Source: an uncultured Rhodopila sp.
GTDB lineage: Bacteria; Pseudomonadota; Alphaproteobacteria; Acetobacterales; Acetobacteraceae
NCBI GenBank assembly: GCA_903851415.1
Contig: CAINOE010000096.1
Coordinates: 22,502-86,501, forward strand
Direction of reading: 5' to 3'
Length of the DNA stretch: 64,000 nucleotides
The position numbers were made by a program, and so were the translations under genes. How positions within the stretch are numbered: position 1 is the stretch's first letter; each line of letters starts with the position of its first letter. The notes under the pieces were generated by a model, which worked only from the letters and a program-made list of their open reading frames with translations, was not told the DNA's origin and ran no database searches. Shown here in pieces: positions 48,106-58,780 of this stretch.

Positions 48106-49593
48106 TCACGCCCCGCTCAGATACCGCCTGCGCAAATGCGCCTCGAACGCCAGCGGATCGAGTTTCCGGCCCGTCGCCTGCTCCAGAATCTCATTCAGGC
48201 CGAACCGGCTGCCAAGCTGGTGAACATGGACCCGCAACCACGCCAGCAGCAGCGACAGGTCGCCGCGGCCGAACGACTCGTCCAGGCCCGGAACCTGCGC
48301 CCGGGCCGCCTCCATCAGTTGCGCCGCGGACATCGCGCCGAGCGTGTAGCTGGGGAAATATCCAAACGCGCCGTCGTACCAATGGATGTCCTGCAGGCAC
48401 CCCTCGGCATCGTTCGGCGGGGTAATGCCGAGCAGCGCCTGCATCCCCTCGTTCCAGGCCCCCGGGAGATCCGCGACATCCAGTTCCCCGCCAATCAGCG
48501 CCCGTTCCAGCCGGAAGCGCAGGATGACGTGGGCCGGATAGGTCAACTCGTCGGCATCCACCCGAATCGTGCTGCGCCGGACATGCCGCCACAAGCGACT
48601 GAGATTCTCCTGCCCGTACGGCGCCGCGGGGCCGCCGAAGGTCTCGTGCAGCCGCCCGCCAAGCCAGCCCAGGAACGGCCGCGAGCGGAACGCCTGCATC
48701 TCGACGATCAGCGACTGGCTTTCATGCGCCGCCATGCCGGCGGCCTCCCCCACCGGCTGGCGCGCATAGGCCGAAGGCAACCCGCGTTCATACAAGGCGT
48801 GACCGGTCTCATGCACGACGGCCAGGATGGCGGAGGCAAAATCGTCCTCCTGATAGCGGGTGGTGATCCGCACATCGGTGGGTGTGCCGCCGGAGAACGG
48901 GTGCGCCGACTGGTCCAGCCTGGCGTGGTCGAAGTCCAGGCCGAGCCGCTCGGCAATTTCGCGGCACAGCTTTTCCTGACTGGTGACCGGGAACGGGCCG
49001 GCGGGCCGGATGGCCGGGGGCTGAGAGGCCTGATGCCGCTCGACCTCGGGCAGCGTTCCGGCCAGGAACGTCTCATACGCGGCGAAGATCGGCTCGACAT
49101 CGGCCGCGCCGACGCCGTGCTGGTTGCCGTCCATCAGGGCGTCATACGGCGTCAACTGCAGCGCCTCGCCGAGCGCGACCGCTGCCTCCCGCGACAGCCG
49201 CACGACCTCTTGCAGATGCGGACGGACCAGGCTGAAGTCGGCGCGCCCGCGCGCCACCCGCCACACCTTTTCGCAGCGGGAGTTCGCCTTGGCCTGAGCC
49301 TCCACAAGGCTTTCCGGCAACGCCCTGGCACGGCGATACATATGCCGCATCAGCCGCAGATTGGCCGTATCCCAGCCGCCATAAGCCCTTGCCTCCGCCA
49401 GATCGGCCTCGATCTCGGGCGCGGTGAGCTGCTGATGCCCGATCACCGCCAGCACCGCGAGCTGGTCGCCGCGCGCCGCACCGCCGCCGGGCGGCATAAT
49501 GGCCGAGGCGTCCCAGCTCAGCATGGACATGCATTCCCCGACCGTGGCGATCAGCCGGAAGCGGTCGGTCAGTCGTTCATAAGCGGATTTCAT
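48106..49593 (-). CDS. carboxypeptidase M32 (Taq)
   Basis: HPF, DVRITTRY, HETGH, HESQS, IRVDADE, QDIHW, GYFPSY. Confidence 0.95.
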   Translation of the reverse strand: MKSAYERLTDRFRLIATVGECMSMLSWDASAIMPPGGGAARGDQLAVLAVIGHQQLTAPEIEADLAEARAYGGWDTANLRLMRHMYRRARALPESLVEAQAKANSRCEKVWRVARGRADFSLVRPHLQEVVRLSREAAVALGEALQLTPYDALMDGNQHGVGAADVEPIFAAYETFLAGTLPEVERHQASQPPAIRPAGPFPVTSQEKLCREIAERLGLDFDHARLDQSAHPFSGGTPTDVRITTRYQEDDFASAILAVVHETGHALYERGLPSAYARQPVGEAAGMAAHESQSLIVEMQAFRSRPFLGWLGGRLHETFGGPAAPYGQENLSRLWRHVRRSTIRVDADELTYPAHVILRFRLERALIGGELDVADLPGAWNEGMQALLGITPPNDAEGCLQDIHWYDGAFGYFPSYTLGAMSAAQLMEAARAQVPGLDESFGRGDLSLLLAWLRVHVHQLGSRFGLNEILEQATGRKLDPLAFEAHLRRRYLSGA

Positions 49594-50285
49594 TGTCTCC
49601 GAGCCTTTCGCATCCAGACAACGAACACGACAACCAGCGACAACGCCAGCCCGTACCACGTGATCACGTAGGATAAATGATTGTTCGGCGGCCGCGGCAG
49701 GTGATCCGCCGGTGCGGGATAGACGTTCGCCGGTGCGGGCCCCAGCGCAACGAGCACGAAGCGCGGGACATCGGGTTCGCCCACAGCCCTGGCGATGGCG
49801 TCCGGGTCGAGCGTGAAGAACTGCCGCCCGGCGACGTCATCCGCCGCGCTGAACCATCGGGATGTGTCGCCCGGGCGCACATAGCCGGTCACGGTGACCT
49901 CGCCGGCGGGATCGTCCAGCGCGGTCTCGCGCTGCTGCGGGATCCAGCCGCGGTTGACGAGGATCGCCGGGGCGCCGGGGCGCTCCAACGGCACGATCTG
50001 GTAGGTGCCGATGGTGGGGCCGGCCCGGGTGTCCCGGACTTCGGAACCGTATTGTACGGCGAGGTCGTAGCGGAAGCGGCCGGTTGCGAAAACCTTGGTG
50101 TAGGGGGCCGGGCTGGATCCGAGCGGCACGGGGGGTGCGCTTTCAGCGGCCGCGATTTGCGCCAGGACGCCCTGTTTCCAGTGCAGGCGGTAGACTTGCC
50201 AGGTACCAAGCGCGATCAGCACCGACAGCATGAACAGGGCGCTGAGAGTTGGGGCGAGGAAGCGGGATCTTCCGAAAGGTCTCAT
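49590..50285 (-). CDS. SURF1 family protein
   Basis: LGTWQVYRLHWK, LVNRGW, NNHLSY..TWY. Confidence 0.9.
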   Translation of the reverse strand: MRPFGRSRFLAPTLSALFMLSVLIALGTWQVYRLHWKQGVLAQIAAAESAPPVPLGSSPAPYTKVFATGRFRYDLAVQYGSEVRDTRAGPTIGTYQIVPLERPGAPAILVNRGWIPQQRETALDDPAGEVTVTGYVRPGDTSRWFSAADDVAGRQFFTLDPDAIARAVGEPDVPRFVLVALGPAPANVYPAPADHLPRPPNNHLSYVITWYGLALSLVVVFVVWMRKARRQ

Positions 50286-50321
50286 ATCCGGCGAGGCGCT
50301 ATGCCGGCGTCGTTCTATCAT

Positions 50322-50399
50322 CGTCATGGCCCGGCTTGTCCGGGCCACCTATGCCAGCACGTGCCGCGATAGGAGGCCCGGACAAGCCGGGCCATGACG
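50322..50399. repeat. 78-bp REP-like palindrome
   Basis: Same arms as 29471. Confidence 0.88.
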
Positions 50400-50480
50400 A
50401 TGGGGAGACGGCCGTGCGCCGAGTGAACACACTGACGGATAGTGCCGGCTGCCTGCCTGTCGACGCCACCTCCGGCAGCA

Positions 50481-50840
50481 TCACAATCCCATCTCCCTCG
50501 CGCGGGTCCGGAACTGCGCGGCCACAAGCGCCGCCTTCACCGGCCGCATGATCAGGATCGCCAGCGGCAACGTCACCGCGGGCCACAGGATCGCATGAAC
50601 CCACAAGGGAGGCTCGAAGCGGAACTCCACCCAGAACGCCAGCGCCACGACGATCACGCCGAGGAACATGATCACGACGACAGCCCCGGCGTCGCCGGTA
50701 TCAGCCTGGCTGAGGTCCAAACCGCAGACCGGGCACGCCGGTCGCAACGTGAGCAGCCCCTTAAACAGCTTACCCTTGCCGCACCGCGGGCAGCGGCAGC
50801 GCAGGGCTGCCTCAAGGATTGAAATCCGCTGTTCTGTCAC
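50481..50840 (-). CDS. DUF983 membrane protein
   Basis: CPRCGKGKLF, CPVCGLD, D.GD, PPLWVH. Confidence 0.85.
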   Translation of the reverse strand: MTEQRISILEAALRCRCPRCGKGKLFKGLLTLRPACPVCGLDLSQADTGDAGAVVVIMFLGVIVVALAFWVEFRFEPPLWVHAILWPAVTLPLAILIMRPVKAALVAAQFRTRAREMGL

Positions 50841-50850
50841 GGGAACGAGG

Positions 50851-51699
50851 CTACTCCGGCCCGATCTGACCCGCGCCATACCAGTAGATGCAAGTGAACA
50901 GGAACAGCCACACCACGTCCACGAAGTGCCAGTACCAGGCCGCCGCCTCGAATCCGAAATGCCGTTGCGGCGTGAACTGGCCGGCCTGTGCCCGGAACCA
51001 GCATACCGTCAGGAAAATCGTTCCGACGATCACGTGGAACCCGTGGAACCCGGTCGCCAGGAAGAACGTGGATGAATACACCCCGCCGCCGTTGAATTTG
51101 AACGGGGCGTGGGTGTACTCGATCGCCTGGCACACGGTGAAGGAAATGCCCAGCAGGATGGTGATCCCCAGCCCGAGGATCAGATTCTTCCGGTCGTCCT
51201 GCAACAAAGCGTGATGCGCCCAGGTCACCGTCGTCCCCGACAGCAGCAGGATCATCGTGTTCAGGAGCGGCAGGTGGAACGGATCGAACGTGTGGATGTC
51301 CGCGGGCGGCCACACGGTCTGGCCGTTTCCCTGGGTGTCCGGAAAAATCAGGAAGTTGAAATAGGCCCAGAAGAAGCCGACGAAGAACATGACCTCGCTG
51401 GCGATGAACAGGGCCATGCCGTAGCGCTGACCCAGGCGCACGATGGCGCTGTGCCCGCCGGCCGCCCAGCCCTCTCGCAGCACATCGCGCCACCAGAAGA
51501 ACATCGTTGTCAGCACGGTGGCCACGCCCAGCCCCAGGACCAGGTATTTGCCGAAATGCGCGGCCATGATGATCCCGAACACCGTCAGGAACGCCCCAAG
51601 CGCCCCGATGATCGGCCACGGGCTCGGGTCCGGCAGAAAATAAGGCTGCTTGATCCCGGTGCTCAGCGGGCCCGTCGCATGTTGTGCTTCGCTGTCCAT
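50851..51699 (-). CDS. ctaE: cytochrome c oxidase subunit III
   Basis: PSPWP, FIASEVMFF, TGFHGFHV, WYWHFVDVVW. Confidence 0.96.
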   Translation of the reverse strand: MDSEAQHATGPLSTGIKQPYFLPDPSPWPIIGALGAFLTVFGIIMAAHFGKYLVLGLGVATVLTTMFFWWRDVLREGWAAGGHSAIVRLGQRYGMALFIASEVMFFVGFFWAYFNFLIFPDTQGNGQTVWPPADIHTFDPFHLPLLNTMILLLSGTTVTWAHHALLQDDRKNLILGLGITILLGISFTVCQAIEYTHAPFKFNGGGVYSSTFFLATGFHGFHVIVGTIFLTVCWFRAQAGQFTPQRHFGFEAAAWYWHFVDVVWLFLFTCIYWYGAGQIGPE

Positions 51700-51761
51700 G
51701 CCAAATCCATTTCAAACAGCGACGGGGAGACCGCCCCGACCCGGCTGCCGCATTGCAGCGG

Positions 51762-52376
51762 TCAGTTTGCTTTCAGTTTGGCCTCCGCCGCGGAGAGCGG
51801 TCCGACATGCGGACCCGCCTTCGAAAGGGCGCCTGCCTTCGCGGCATCGTCCAGGGAGCGGAAGAAGGTATACGACAGAGTGATCGCCTTCACATCGCTG
51901 GTGTTGGGATCGTCATGGATCGCCGGATCGACCCAGAAGCTGACCGGGAATTCCATGCTCTGATTCGGCGCCAGGGTCTGCTTGTTGAAGCAGAAGCAGG
52001 CCGTCTTATGGAAATATTTCCCAACTTTGTCCGGGGTCACGTTATAGAGCGCCATGCCGGTGACCGGTTCGGCGGACTGGTTGACGGCGTGGTAGAACGC
52101 CACCTGCTCGTCGCCGAGCTTCAGCTTCACGTCCAACTGGTCGGGGGCAAAGGTCCAGGGCAAAGCGGGGTTGGTGTCGGCGTTGAAGCGCACGCGAATG
52201 GTCTGGCCGGAGGCGCCGGGTGCCGCGGCAAGTCCGATCTTCGGCGTTCCGTCATAGCCGGTCGCGGCGCAGAACAGCCGGTACAGCGGGATCGCTGCGA
52301 ATGACATGCCAACCATGCCTGCGATGACGGCCGCCAGCACCCAGCCGGCGATGATGTTGCGGCGCCCGGAGACCAT
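51762..52376 (-). CDS. ctaG: cytochrome c oxidase assembly protein CtaG/Cox11
   Basis: PLYRLFC..TG, CFCF, ITLSYTFF. Confidence 0.93.
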   Translation of the reverse strand: MVSGRRNIIAGWVLAAVIAGMVGMSFAAIPLYRLFCAATGYDGTPKIGLAAAPGASGQTIRVRFNADTNPALPWTFAPDQLDVKLKLGDEQVAFYHAVNQSAEPVTGMALYNVTPDKVGKYFHKTACFCFNKQTLAPNQSMEFPVSFWVDPAIHDDPNTSDVKAITLSYTFFRSLDDAAKAGALSKAGPHVGPLSAAEAKLKAN

Positions 52377-52597
52377 CAGAGGTGCGCCATCTTGACGATG
52401 GTGATCGCATAGAACAGGGCACAGAGCGCGGCGAGGGCGATCATGATCGCCCAACTGCGGCCGCGGCGGCGGCGCTCGGCATCTGTTACCCCGTCGTCAT
52501 GGCCCGGCTTGTCCGGGCCATCTGTCAGGGCAGGTGCGGGGATAGATGGCCCGGACAAGCCGGGCCATGACGATAAGCGGAAGCGGCGCGTACGCAT
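52376..52597 (-). CDS. small membrane protein of the cox operon, N-terminus includes an in-frame REP
   Basis: RRRR plus TM helix ending TIVKM; TGATG coupling to ctaG; ATG 6 nt after the ctaB stop. Confidence 0.55.
   Translation of the reverse strand: MRTRRFRLSSWPGLSGPSIPAPALTDGPDKPGHDDGVTDAERRRRGRSWAIMIALAALCALFYAITIVKMAHL
52495..52572. repeat. 78-bp REP-like palindrome
   Basis: Same arms as 29471. Confidence 0.88.
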
Positions 52598-52603
52598 AAC
52601 AGG

Positions 52604-53545
52604 TCAGCCTACCAGACGGTCGAGGGCGAGGGCCCCGAACAGTGCAAACAGATAATAGATGGAGTATTTGAACGCCGACTTGGCAGGGGCATCGCCCGTC
52701 AGGCTGCGTCCGTCGTCATCCTGGTCATCGGCCAGCACCCGGTAAACACGCAGCAGGAAAACGAGACCGAGCACGGTCGCCGCCACGCAATAAGCCAGCC
52801 CGCTGAAACCCAGGAAGAACGGCGCGAGGGTCAGGGGAACCAGGACCAGCGAATAGAGCATGATCTGCCGCCGGGTTTCGCGCGCGCCCGCCACCACCGG
52901 CAGCATCGGCACGCCGGCCTTGCGGTAGTCGTCGTTCGCCCACAGCGCCAGCGACCAGAAATGCGGCGGCGTCCAGATGAAGACGATGCCGAACAGGACC
53001 AGCGGGACCAGATCGACCGTTCCGGTGACGGCGGCCCAGCCGATGACGGGCGGGAAGGCCCCCGCGGCGCCGCCGATGACGATGTTCTGCGGCGTCCGGC
53101 GTTTCAGCCAGATCGTGTAGATGAAGACGTAGAAACAGATCGATAGCGCCAGGATCAGCGCCGCCGGGATGTTCACCGCCAGGCCCATGACGATCACCGA
53201 GCCGGCGGCCAGGGTGACGCCAAAGGCCAAGGCACCCCCCGGCTCGATCCGCCCCGCCGGTATCGGCCGCTTGCGGGTGCGGCGCATGATGGCGTCGATA
53301 TCGCGGTCGTACCACATGTTGATCGCACCGCAGGCTCCGGCCGCGACGGTGATGCAGAGGATGGCGGTGAACGCCAGCACCGGATGCAGATGGCCCGGTG
53401 CTACGATCAGACCGATCACGCCGGTGAACACCACCAGGGTCAGCACCCGGGGTTTCAACAACGCGATCCAGTCGCGGTAGTCGGCTTCCCAAACGGCCTC
53501 CCCGGCGTTGGCCGCCGGGGTCATCGACGATGTCGCATCGCTCAC
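52604..53545 (-). CDS. ctaB: protoheme IX farnesyltransferase (heme o synthase)
   Basis: LKPRV, DRDID..MRRT..RPIP, NIVIGG, WTPPHFW. Confidence 0.95.
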   Translation of the reverse strand: MSDATSSMTPAANAGEAVWEADYRDWIALLKPRVLTLVVFTGVIGLIVAPGHLHPVLAFTAILCITVAAGACGAINMWYDRDIDAIMRRTRKRPIPAGRIEPGGALAFGVTLAAGSVIVMGLAVNIPAALILALSICFYVFIYTIWLKRRTPQNIVIGGAAGAFPPVIGWAAVTGTVDLVPLVLFGIVFIWTPPHFWSLALWANDDYRKAGVPMLPVVAGARETRRQIMLYSLVLVPLTLAPFFLGFSGLAYCVAATVLGLVFLLRVYRVLADDQDDDGRSLTGDAPAKSAFKYSIYYLFALFGALALDRLVG

Positions 53546-53560
53546 TGACAGGTGTCCCCG

Positions 53561-55150
53561 TTAGGAAATCCGAGGCAGTTCCAGGTAGGTATGGAACGCG
53601 GGCGGCGAGGTTTGCGTCCATTCCAGGGTCGTCGCGCCCGCGCCCCAGTAGTTGTCGGCGACGTGCTCCTTCGAGGTGAAGGTGCGGTAGCAGACATACA
53701 GGAACACCAGGAACGCCGCGCCGCTGACATAGGCCCCCAGCGAGGACACGAAATTCCACCCGGCAAAGGCGGCGGGATAATCCGGGTAGCGGCGCGGCAT
53801 GCCGGACAGGCCGAGGAAGTGCTGCGGGAAGAACGTCAGGTTGACGCCGATGAACGTCATCCAAAAATGCACCTTGCCCCAATATTCCGGATACTGATGG
53901 CCGGACATCTTGCCGATCCAGTAATAAAATCCGGCGAAGATCGAGAATACGGCACCCAGCGACAGAACGTAATGAAAATGCGCAACGACATAGTACGTGT
54001 TGTGAATTACCTGGTCGATTCCGGCGTTGGCGCAGACCACTCCGGTGACGCCGCCGACGGTGAACACGAACAAAAAGCCGATCGCCCAGAGCATCGGGGT
54101 TTTGAGTTCGACTGACCCGCCCCACATCGTTGCGATCCACGAGAAGACCTTGATGCCCGTCGGCACCGCAATGATCAGGGTCGCGGCCATGAAATATGCC
54201 CGGGTATCGACATCGATTCCAGAAATGAACATATGATGCGCCCAGACAACGAAGCCGACGACCCCGATCGCCACCATCGCATACACCATCCCCAGATATC
54301 CGAAGATCGGCTTGTTGCTGAACGTAGAGATCACGTGGCTGATGATGCCGAAGCCCGGCAGGATCATGATGTAGACCTCGGGGTGGCCGAAGAACCAGAA
54401 CAGATGCTGGAACAGCACCGGATCGCCGCCTCCGGCCGGGTCGAAGAACGAGGTGCCGAAGTTGCGGTCGCAGATCAGCATCGTGATCGCGCCGGCCAAG
54501 ACCGGGACCGCCAGCAGCAGCAGGAAGGCCGTCACCAGCTCCGACCAGATGAACAGCGGCATCTTGTGCAAGGTCATGCCGGGGGCGCGCATGTTGAAGA
54601 TCGTGACGATGAAGTTCATCGAACCCAGCAGCGAACTCAGGCCGGCGAGGTGCAGCGCGAACAGCGTGCAGTCCATCCCCATGCCCGGCTCGAAGGTCGA
54701 GTTCGACAGCGGCGGATACAGCGTCCATCCCGATCCCGACTCGCCCATCAGCAGGCCGGTGCAGATCAGCACGAAGGCCGGGGGCAGCAGCCAGAAGCTG
54801 ATGTTGTTCAGGCGGGGGAACGCCATGTCGGGGGCGCCGATCATCAGCGGGATGAACCAGTTGCCGAAGCCGCCGATCAGCGCGGGCATGACGGAGAAGA
54901 AGATCATCAGCAGCCCGTGGGTCGTGATGATGGTGTTCCACTCCTGGCCCGAATTGACGATGTGGTTGTTCGGGAAATTCAACTGCGCCCGCATGATCTC
55001 CGACAGCGTGCCGCCGACGAGGCCGCCGATGACCGCGAAGATCAGGTAAAGGGTGCCGATGTCCTTGTGGTTGGTGCTGAACAACCAGCGCTGGACGAAA
55101 GTGGGGTGATGACCGTGCTCGTGATGGTCGACTGCGGTCGTCGCATCCAT
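53561..55150 (-). CDS. ctaD: cytochrome c oxidase subunit I
   Basis: [30 protein letters not shown]. Confidence 0.97.
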   Translation of the reverse strand: MDATTAVDHHEHGHHPTFVQRWLFSTNHKDIGTLYLIFAVIGGLVGGTLSEIMRAQLNFPNNHIVNSGQEWNTIITTHGLLMIFFSVMPALIGGFGNWFIPLMIGAPDMAFPRLNNISFWLLPPAFVLICTGLLMGESGSGWTLYPPLSNSTFEPGMGMDCTLFALHLAGLSSLLGSMNFIVTIFNMRAPGMTLHKMPLFIWSELVTAFLLLLAVPVLAGAITMLICDRNFGTSFFDPAGGGDPVLFQHLFWFFGHPEVYIMILPGFGIISHVISTFSNKPIFGYLGMVYAMVAIGVVGFVVWAHHMFISGIDVDTRAYFMAATLIIAVPTGIKVFSWIATMWGGSVELKTPMLWAIGFLFVFTVGGVTGVVCANAGIDQVIHNTYYVVAHFHYVLSLGAVFSIFAGFYYWIGKMSGHQYPEYWGKVHFWMTFIGVNLTFFPQHFLGLSGMPRRYPDYPAAFAGWNFVSSLGAYVSGAAFLVFLYVCYRTFTSKEHVADNYWGAGATTLEWTQTSPPAFHTYLELPRIS

Positions 55151-55210
55151 GGTTTTTCTCCGCTGATCAGCCGGCTTTGCCGCCGGCACTCGTTCAAGCC
55201 GCCGTCGCGA

Positions 55211-56044
55211 TCACTGGGATGCGAGTTTGGGGAGCTGTCTCATCGAGGCCGCTTTTTTGGCCTGATCCACCCAGGTCTTGAAGTCGGCCTCGGACACGGC
55301 GCGGATGGATATCGGCATCTGGCTGTGGTTCTGGCCGCAGATCTGGTTGCATTCTCCGTAGAAGGTGCCGATCTGGTTGGCTTCAAGCCAGGTTTCGATG
55401 GTCCGGCCGGGGATGGCGTAGCGCTGCACGCCGAAGGACGGGATGAAGAAGCTGTGGATCACGTCCTCGCTGGTGGTCAGGATGCGGATCTTCTTGTTGA
55501 CCGGGATGACCATCTGGTTGTCGACGTCGAGCAGGCGGAGCTGGCCGGGCTTGAGGTCGTCGTCGCCGACATAGCGGCTTTCGATATCGACGTTGCCATG
55601 GTCGGGGTAGGTGTATTCCCAGTACCACTGATGCCCGGTGACCTTGATGGTCATGTCCGGGTCCGGCGTGCGGTCCTGGTAGTAGATCAGCCGGAACGAC
55701 GGGATTGCGATGATGACCAGGATCAGCACCGGGATGACGGTCCAGGAGATCTCCAGGATCGTGTTGTGGCTGGTGCGGCTGGGCGTCGGGTGGCGCTGGG
55801 CGTTGTAGCGGTAGACGACCCACATCAGCAGGGCTGCGACGAACAGCGTGATGACGGTGATGATGGCGAGGACCAGATCGTGCAGGTCGATGATGCGGTC
55901 CTTGATCGGGCTGAACGACCGCTGCATGCCCATTTCCCAGGGTTGCGGAGCCCCGACGACGCCCTGGGCGCTGGCGAACGGAGCAACGGACAGGCTTAAA
56001 AATCCGCAGGCCACAACAGCCAGAAGCCGCCTTGCCATTTGCAT
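55211..56044 (-). CDS. ctaC: cytochrome c oxidase subunit II
   Basis: GHQWYWEY, DVIHS, CuA motif CNQICG.NH..M. Confidence 0.95.
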   Translation of the reverse strand: MQMARRLLAVVACGFLSLSVAPFASAQGVVGAPQPWEMGMQRSFSPIKDRIIDLHDLVLAIITVITLFVAALLMWVVYRYNAQRHPTPSRTSHNTILEISWTVIPVLILVIIAIPSFRLIYYQDRTPDPDMTIKVTGHQWYWEYTYPDHGNVDIESRYVGDDDLKPGQLRLLDVDNQMVIPVNKKIRILTTSEDVIHSFFIPSFGVQRYAIPGRTIETWLEANQIGTFYGECNQICGQNHSQMPISIRAVSEADFKTWVDQAKKAASMRQLPKLASQ

Positions 56045-56333
56045 CGGTTCACCATCCCATTTGGTTAGCTGGACGCTACTTAGGCGTAGTTTTGCCTACC
56101 GGACGCGCCGGGCGCGATCAAGGTACCCGGGGGGTAGGTGGGCCGCTGTTGTCAGCACACTAATGCGAGCGGGGCGGAGCTACAAGGGAAACGCTCGGCT
56201 TGCGGGATTATGACGATTTGCGTGGGTGTCTGTCAGCTCGGCGTTCTGCGTGCCATGGCCGGACCTGGCCCCATGGCTATCCGGATACCGGGACAGAATA
56301 AGGGGGTGTGCGGAGCCACGGCTTTTCCCCCAC

Positions 56334-56412
56334 CGTCATGGCCCGGCTTGTCCGGGCCACCTATGCCAGCACCCTGCCGCGATAGGTGGCCCGGACAAGC
56401 CGGGCCATGACG
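56334..56412. repeat. 79-bp REP-like palindrome
   Basis: Same arms as 29471. Confidence 0.88.
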
Positions 56413-56584
56413 ATGCAAGAGCGACGCCTCGGCCAAACTTTTCTCCGGCTGCGCCTTATCCTGACAGCTATGGGGCGCGTCCCGGCCATCCGCGCCTGAA
56501 CGGCGGTGCGAAGATGGCTCGGACACGTTCACGACAATGAGGGCGGAGGCGGCCGGACCGCCCACGACATAAACGCGTCAACCC

Positions 56585-57262
56585 TCAGACGCGCAGGCGG
56601 ACCAATGTGAACAGCCCGAACGGCGGCACCGACTCCGCCTCGATCCGCGTCAAATCCTCCGGCGAAAAAATCCCGTCCATGGCAAAATCAGGATGCCAGC
56701 CCAGACGGCGAGAGGCAGGCGCCATCGCGCGCTCCAGCCACCATCTCGGCCCCTTGGCCGCGGCAAAATGGTTGATGATCAGGATGTTGCCGCCGGGCCG
56801 CACCAGCCGGCGCATCTCGGCGAGCAGCCGCTGCGGGTTCGGCACCACCGAGGCCACGAACATCGCCACCGCGGTATCGAAGGAGGCATCCTCGAAGTCC
56901 GTCGCTTCCGCGTCCATCTCGCGCAACGCCTGCACATGCGTCAGGCCATCGCGGCGGGTGCGTTCGCGCGCCTTGCGCAGCATCTCCTTCGACAGGTCGA
57001 TGCCGGTGATCCGCTTGTCGCGGTTATAGTACGGCAGCGCCAGTCCGGTGCCGACACCAACCTCAAGCACATCGAGGCCGGGAAGACGGTTGACCATCGA
57101 GACCGCGCGGACGCGGCCCTTCGACGATACCCCTCCGAACACGGTATCATAGACGCCGGCCCATCGCCTGTAAGCCTCGACGATGGACGCACTGTCCAAG
57201 GCTGAAATTGGGACGAACCGCTCCGCCGCGGCCGTATCTGTCTTCTGAAGTGTGTGATTCAT
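56585..57262 (-). CDS. class I SAM methyltransferase, phospholipid N-methyltransferase (PmtA)-like
   Basis: AYRRWA.VYD, VLEVGVGTGL, SVVPNP, NHF, LGW..DF. Confidence 0.8.
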   Translation of the reverse strand: MNHTLQKTDTAAAERFVPISALDSASIVEAYRRWAGVYDTVFGGVSSKGRVRAVSMVNRLPGLDVLEVGVGTGLALPYYNRDKRITGIDLSKEMLRKARERTRRDGLTHVQALREMDAEATDFEDASFDTAVAMFVASVVPNPQRLLAEMRRLVRPGGNILIINHFAAAKGPRWWLERAMAPASRRLGWHPDFAMDGIFSPEDLTRIEAESVPPFGLFTLVRLRV

Positions 57263-57411
57263 AAGCCGCCAGCTGTTTCCACGCACGCTGCCCGAGGATT
57301 CAGGCCGTCTCGCATGCTGATCTTCCGAACAGTCATGCTAACGCCATAAATGACAGCTAGTGGCGGCGCAAGGCGGCAACGGCATTTTTATGACACTAAT
57401 ATTATACGTCG

Positions 57412-57657
57412 TCAGTGGGTGACAGTCTTCTCCCGGGTCGTCGTTGCAGCCGGCGCGGAGGGACCGGCCAGCGTGCCGCTCGCCTTGGTTGTGCTGTCCT
57501 CCATCGACTCGTCGTCCGGTTCGGCCATGTTCTTTTTGAACGACTTGATGCCTTTCGCGAAGTCGCCCATCAACCCGCTGATCTTGTTGCCGCCGCCGAA
57601 CAGCACGAGAATCACCGCCAGCACGACCAACCAGTGCCAGATGCTGAAACTACCCAT
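57412..57657 (-). CDS. tatA: twin-arginine translocase TatA
   Basis: [15 protein letters not shown]...[10 protein letters not shown]; AGGAGG RBS. Confidence 0.95.
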   Translation of the reverse strand: MGSFSIWHWLVVLAVILVLFGGGNKISGLMGDFAKGIKSFKKNMAEPDDESMEDSTTKASGTLAGPSAPAATTTREKTVTH

Positions 57658-57794
57658 AAGACCTCCTGAACCTGATCGAGGGCCGGTTCCGGCGGGTGAT
57701 CGCCTTCATCCCGAACGGGTTTTCCCCGAACCTCGGGCGTTGACATGGCGCGAGTTGGCGATTGATGCAAGCGGCGTTTGCCGCCCGCGGCGGC

Positions 57795-58262
57795 TCAGCC
57801 GGCTGGACCCGGCCGGCCCGCGCGGTGGTAGGGATGCCCGAGGGAAATCGCCTGCGCCCGATAAAGTTGCTCGGCCAGCATGGCGCGCACCAGGAAATGC
57901 GGCCAGGTCAGAGCGCCGAGCGACAGAACGAAATCCGCCCGGGCGAGGACCGGCCGATCGAGCCCCTCCGCGCCGCCGATCAAAAAGCCGATCGGCCGGC
58001 CGAGCTCGGACCAGCGCCGCAGCTTCGCCGCCAGGGTCTCGCTGTCCAAAACCTGGCCGCCGAGATCGAGCGGCACGACAAAGCCGTCGCGCGGCACGGC
58101 GGCGAGCAGGGCCACGCCCTCCTGCCGCTTGACGGCCGCGGGATCGCCGCGGGCCTCGGGCACTTCAATCACGCTCAGGCGCGGCCGAAGCCGCGTGTTG
58201 TAGCGGTCGAACAGGTCGGCTTCAGGAGCGTTGCGCAGGCGTCCGACGGCGATCACATGCAT
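57795..58262 (-). CDS. rlmH: 23S rRNA m3Psi1915 methyltransferase
   Basis: [31 protein letters not shown]. Confidence 0.95.
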   Translation of the reverse strand: MHVIAVGRLRNAPEADLFDRYNTRLRPRLSVIEVPEARGDPAAVKRQEGVALLAAVPRDGFVVPLDLGGQVLDSETLAAKLRRWSELGRPIGFLIGGAEGLDRPVLARADFVLSLGALTWPHFLVRAMLAEQLYRAQAISLGHPYHRAGRPGPAG

Positions 58263-58390
58263 GACGAAGCAGCTTTCCGGACGGCATCATGCCACCTGCG
58301 CAAGCAGCATAGAACCGGCGATCCGCGGCTGGGCGAAACAGCCTCCCGGCGTCCCGGGCTTCACCGTGACCGCTACCGCGAAGCGACTTA

Positions 58391-58546
58391 TACCGGTCCG
58401 CGTTGATTTTGACGCATCGGCCCCCTCCCCACCGTCATGGCCTGGCTGGTCCGGGCCACCTATAGCCGCACGTGCCGCGATAGGTGGCCCGGACAAGCCG
58501 GGCCATGACGGCTTATGGGAAGAGTCGCTCTCAACACGGACTGGTG
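58391..58546. mobile_element. 156-bp MITE-like element enclosing a REP
   Basis: TIRs TACCGGTCCGCGTTGA / TCAACACGGACTGGTG (13/16 match); flanks TTA and TCA. Confidence 0.6.
58433..58510. repeat. 78-bp REP-like palindrome
   Basis: Same arms as 29471 with two substitutions in the left arm. Confidence 0.85.
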
Positions 58547-58780
58547 TCACTCGCTGCGATACGTTCCATCGACGACGCTCGGCACGTCGGATCGGCAAAG
58601 TCCCATGTCCCGGAGCTGCCGATCGGTCGATTCGGACAGGGCCCGGAGGTCTCGCGCCCGGCGCCGCCGCTCCGCCCGGGCGCGGGCGAACCGGTCGAGC
58701 GCGGCGTGAAGCCGGGTCCGCCAAACGGAGGGGTGATGGTCGCCATGGCGGCCGCTGGGCGTGGCTTGAAATACGTTCAT
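58547..58780 (-). CDS. DUF1127 family small protein
   Basis: RRRR.RDL..L...DRQLRDMGL.RSD. Confidence 0.8.
   Translation of the reverse strand: MNVFQATPSGRHGDHHPSVWRTRLHAALDRFARARAERRRRARDLRALSESTDRQLRDMGLCRSDVPSVVDGTYRSE

Noticed and set aside
57665-57700. GAACCTGATC resembling part of a TPP riboswitch
   Set aside because: Wrong strand relative to tatA, and the CTGAGA element is missing.
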